From positions 1,240,001 through 1,304,000 of the forward strand of contig OZ037768.1 in the NCBI GenBank assembly GCA_964035545.1: a DNA stretch of 64,000 nucleotides. Direction: 5' to 3'. The notes under the pieces were generated by a model that made no database searches, had not been told where the DNA came from, and saw only the letters and a list, made by a program, of their open reading frames with translations. Within the stretch, counting starts at the first letter, position 1; every line of letters starts with the position of its first letter. The stretch is from Bugula neritina. Lineage: Eukaryota > Animalia > Bryozoa. The position numbers were made by a program, and so were the translations under genes. Of the stretch, positions 62,201 to 64,000 are shown piece after piece.

Positions 62201-63418
62201 CCAATATCCAATAGAAACTAAACATATCTTAAATAGGCACCAGGTTACAGTTATCACAATAACGCAAACAGCTAATATAAATGATCTTATTGGGTATGTT
62301 GAAGAAGCAGGAAGTGAAAAGAGGACCTTACCCAATCATAAACATCGGCAGAGTCTTCACCCAAACTCCGTTCATTAGCGAACTTAACTTTCCTGGAATA
62401 CAACAGAACTCAATACACGAAACCAAAGCCTGAACAGCAAACAAATGAAACAAAACGGAAATGCAAGAGAAATTTCCAAGTCTAAGACTACATACCTTCG
62501 CTCATACTGGCGGTCTAAATCATCCAATTGTCTTTCATTCTAAAAGAAAAAAACAAAAACTTATACACCGGACAGAAATGTACTACAAAGCAGTTGGTAG
62601 CAAAATTTGGCACTAGATTTGAAATAAGATTGTTAGCTGCCAATGAGTGCCTGTCAGCTGTGAGACACACATTGTACAATTAAACAAGTCAGCCTATTTC
62701 CTATTGGCTGATTAGATTGAAGCAGGCGGGTTACAGCAGTGGAGACAACTTTTCAAACAGTGTTCATCTAGGTCAAGGCTGACTCAACACTGCTATGAAG
62801 GAGTAAATAGTGAACTCACAGTGTGAAAGAGCCCAGGCTGAGGGTGTGCATTACGACTATTACTTGGTATAGCCTCGGGATCATTCCTCCTCCTACAAAG
62901 TTCGCACAGACCTTATTAATGCCAAACTTGAGTCAAAATATTGTACAGAACTTTCTAGAAGAATATTTCACCAACTTCTGTTAATATAAGATAGCCTCAC
63001 AAGACCTTTACTTGACAGAGTTAGGCCACGGTCAACTTAATTCAATGAATAGCCAACTAAGTCAAGTTACGGTTGAGAGAGCAACTCCAAGTATAAGTCA
63101 AATGAGTCATTATTAGATACCCTTTATAACAACTAATAATGAATAAGTGGAAATTCAGATCTCTTTTCAGTCAAATCAACATTTGGACTGGAAGTCACTC
63201 AGATTCAGTAACAAAGTCTATTATAATAAAGATATAAATATTCCCCAGCAGTGGCGCACAACTCCTTTATCTGGTTACTATAATAAAGATAGAATATGTC
63301 TTCATTTTCACCTGTAGGATTGTTCCTGCCTTCGTTTCTCCTCAAGCAGATGCTCGTAACTTGAATTGTTGTGAGCTCGTCTTGGCGACTCTTTAGTGTG
63401 AGAGATAGGATTAGCTGG
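47258..63418 (-). CDS. CSPP1: Centrosome and spindle pole-associated protein 1 (CSPP1); 5' end lies beyond the right edge
   Basis: Phase-consistent exons: 63418-63312, 62892-62820, 62539-62496, 62392-62332, 61290-61255, 60980-60763, 60652-60575, 60469-60266, 59944-59656, 59129-58982, 57541-57357, 57172-57119, 56914-56765, 56122-55958, 55622-55554, 55263-55192, 54940-54917, 54355-54226, 53824-53736, 53079-53033, 52829-52726, 51327-51227, 51064-50957, 50030-49983, 49458-49298, 47312-47258 (TGA). Motifs YNPFGRGGAGAPVKDTSGNVVADL, RGGNGIFGEPRTE, SPPIPTLRSK, VLNQLASMRQQL, DVFEIAR and C-terminal DPDDIIDRF...DDSWIR match my recollection of CSPP1. Confidence 0.88.
47885..48591. repeat. 27/29-bp minisatellite in the last CSPP1 intron
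   Basis: Unit GTGAGTAGAA(AC)AGTCATTAGAGAGAGTA. Confidence 0.97.
50395..50560. repeat. 21-bp AT-rich minisatellite
   Basis: Unit TATACTATATATTATATACAG. Confidence 0.88.
52214..52596. repeat. 56-bp minisatellite (~7 copies)
   Basis: Unit CATGTAGACTATTTAACTCCCCTTTACTATAGCTTCTCTGTGACAAGAGCCCTTAG. Confidence 0.96.
53832..54192. repeat. ~34-37-bp minisatellite filling a CSPP1 intron
   Basis: Unit TCAGTATAGGTGTCATACATCATGTGACACATAA. Confidence 0.96.
54414..54622. repeat. (TAGTG/TAGTA)n pentamer microsatellite
   Basis: Direct reading. Confidence 0.92.
55695..55964. repeat. 47-bp minisatellite overlapping a CSPP1 donor
   Basis: Unit CTTATTCTACAGCACGTCACACCTCTACTCACTGTAACAAATCTCAC. Confidence 0.95.
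56437..56764. repeat. 20-bp minisatellite starting at a CSPP1 donor
   Basis: Unit CATAGCCCTAGTACCCTACA. Confidence 0.97.
57717..58972. repeat. 25-bp minisatellite (~50 copies)
   Basis: Unit AAAGTGATTACGAGTATATGCATAT. Confidence 0.98.
59149..59651. repeat. 14-bp minisatellite filling a CSPP1 intron
   Basis: Unit CACRGTATATATTA. Confidence 0.96.
60030..60257. repeat. Degenerate AT-rich repeat related to the 14-bp unit of the neighbouring intron
   Basis: Recurring TACAGTATATAT. Confidence 0.8.
61538..61676. repeat. 41-bp tandem repeat (~3.5 copies)
   Basis: Unit ATGAGCAGGTGTGCTGTAAATAGACAGTTAGGGTGACATGA. Confidence 0.9.
61889..62190. repeat. 18-bp minisatellite
   Basis: Unit TCAATATTATATCAATAY; source of the Ile/Asn-rich ORFs. 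Confidence 0.94.
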
Positions 63419-63924
63419 CTGTGCATGCAAAAATAAATACATTAAGATAAACTCAAGTGACACAGATGATGGTACAAAACTTACCACACTAACAATGAAA
63501 ATACAAATAAACCCAACTGATATAAATGTCATTGAATAGCAGAGAATAACGACAGATGTGTGGCACCTCTTAGACATAAACTGGTCAATGATATCACCGG
63601 TTGTTGTTCACCTTCACAGCAATGCTATAGCTCTAGAGGTTAATTGACAAATGAAAAGCATTTTATTTACTTGTAATAACTCTAAAATTAAATAAAATTG
63701 GTTAAAACTAGGCAACTTTGATATAATCAGTTTATGGCGAATAAACAAATTTTCCAACCAAGTTTATGGCACCTCTACGTACTAAATGTACTTGTACAAA
63801 ATCAAGATGACCAAGTTTATATTCTAAGAGAGATAACTTCACACCTGTGAACAATAACACCAGGTAGTCTAGTAGAGGAGAGAGAGGTGAGGCGTTGAAG
63901 AAAGGCTAGTAGGAGTGGGATCAA

Positions 63925-64000
63925 CAGACACACAGACAGACACACAGACAGACACACAGACAGACACACAGACAGACACACAGACAGACACACAGACAGA
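63925..64000. repeat. CAGA/CACA compound microsatellite at the window edge
   Basis: ACACACAGACAG-type runs. Confidence 0.9.

Noticed and set aside
59047-62378. Tyr/Ile-rich and Ile/Asn-rich ORFs
   Set aside because: Produced by the 14-bp and 18-bp arrays within CSPP1 introns.
1-64000. tRNA, rRNA or snoRNA genes
   Set aside because: None recognised by eye; an Infernal/tRNAscan search would be needed to exclude intronic snoRNAs.

Overview
AT-rich, intron-dense genomic DNA from an invertebrate animal; no prokaryotic features. I rebuilt six protein-coding genes by hand, with exon phases consistent across GT-AG junctions. They are: the 5' part of a MORC-family GHKL ATPase (-), a CCDC42/CFAP73-family coiled-coil gene (-) head-to-head with NIPSNAP (+), a full BAZ2A/B (toutatis-like) gene (+), a KLF10/11-like zinc-finger gene (-) convergent with it, and most of a CSPP1 gene (-) that runs off the right edge. 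One BAZ2 intron holds a non-autonomous hAT-type element (8-bp TSD) with a foldback MITE nested inside. Two non-coding patterns stand out. (1) Many introns of MORC, NIPSNAP, BAZ2 and CSPP1 carry their own distinct minisatellite, usually abutting a splice site and in several cases copying the splice site itself dozens of times. (2) Four tracts of about 0.5-1 kb show cryptic 6-bp periodicity without being simple repeats; three lie just downstream of candidate first exons and the fourth may mark a BAZ2 start. All calls come from reading the sequence and recalling family motifs; no searches were run.
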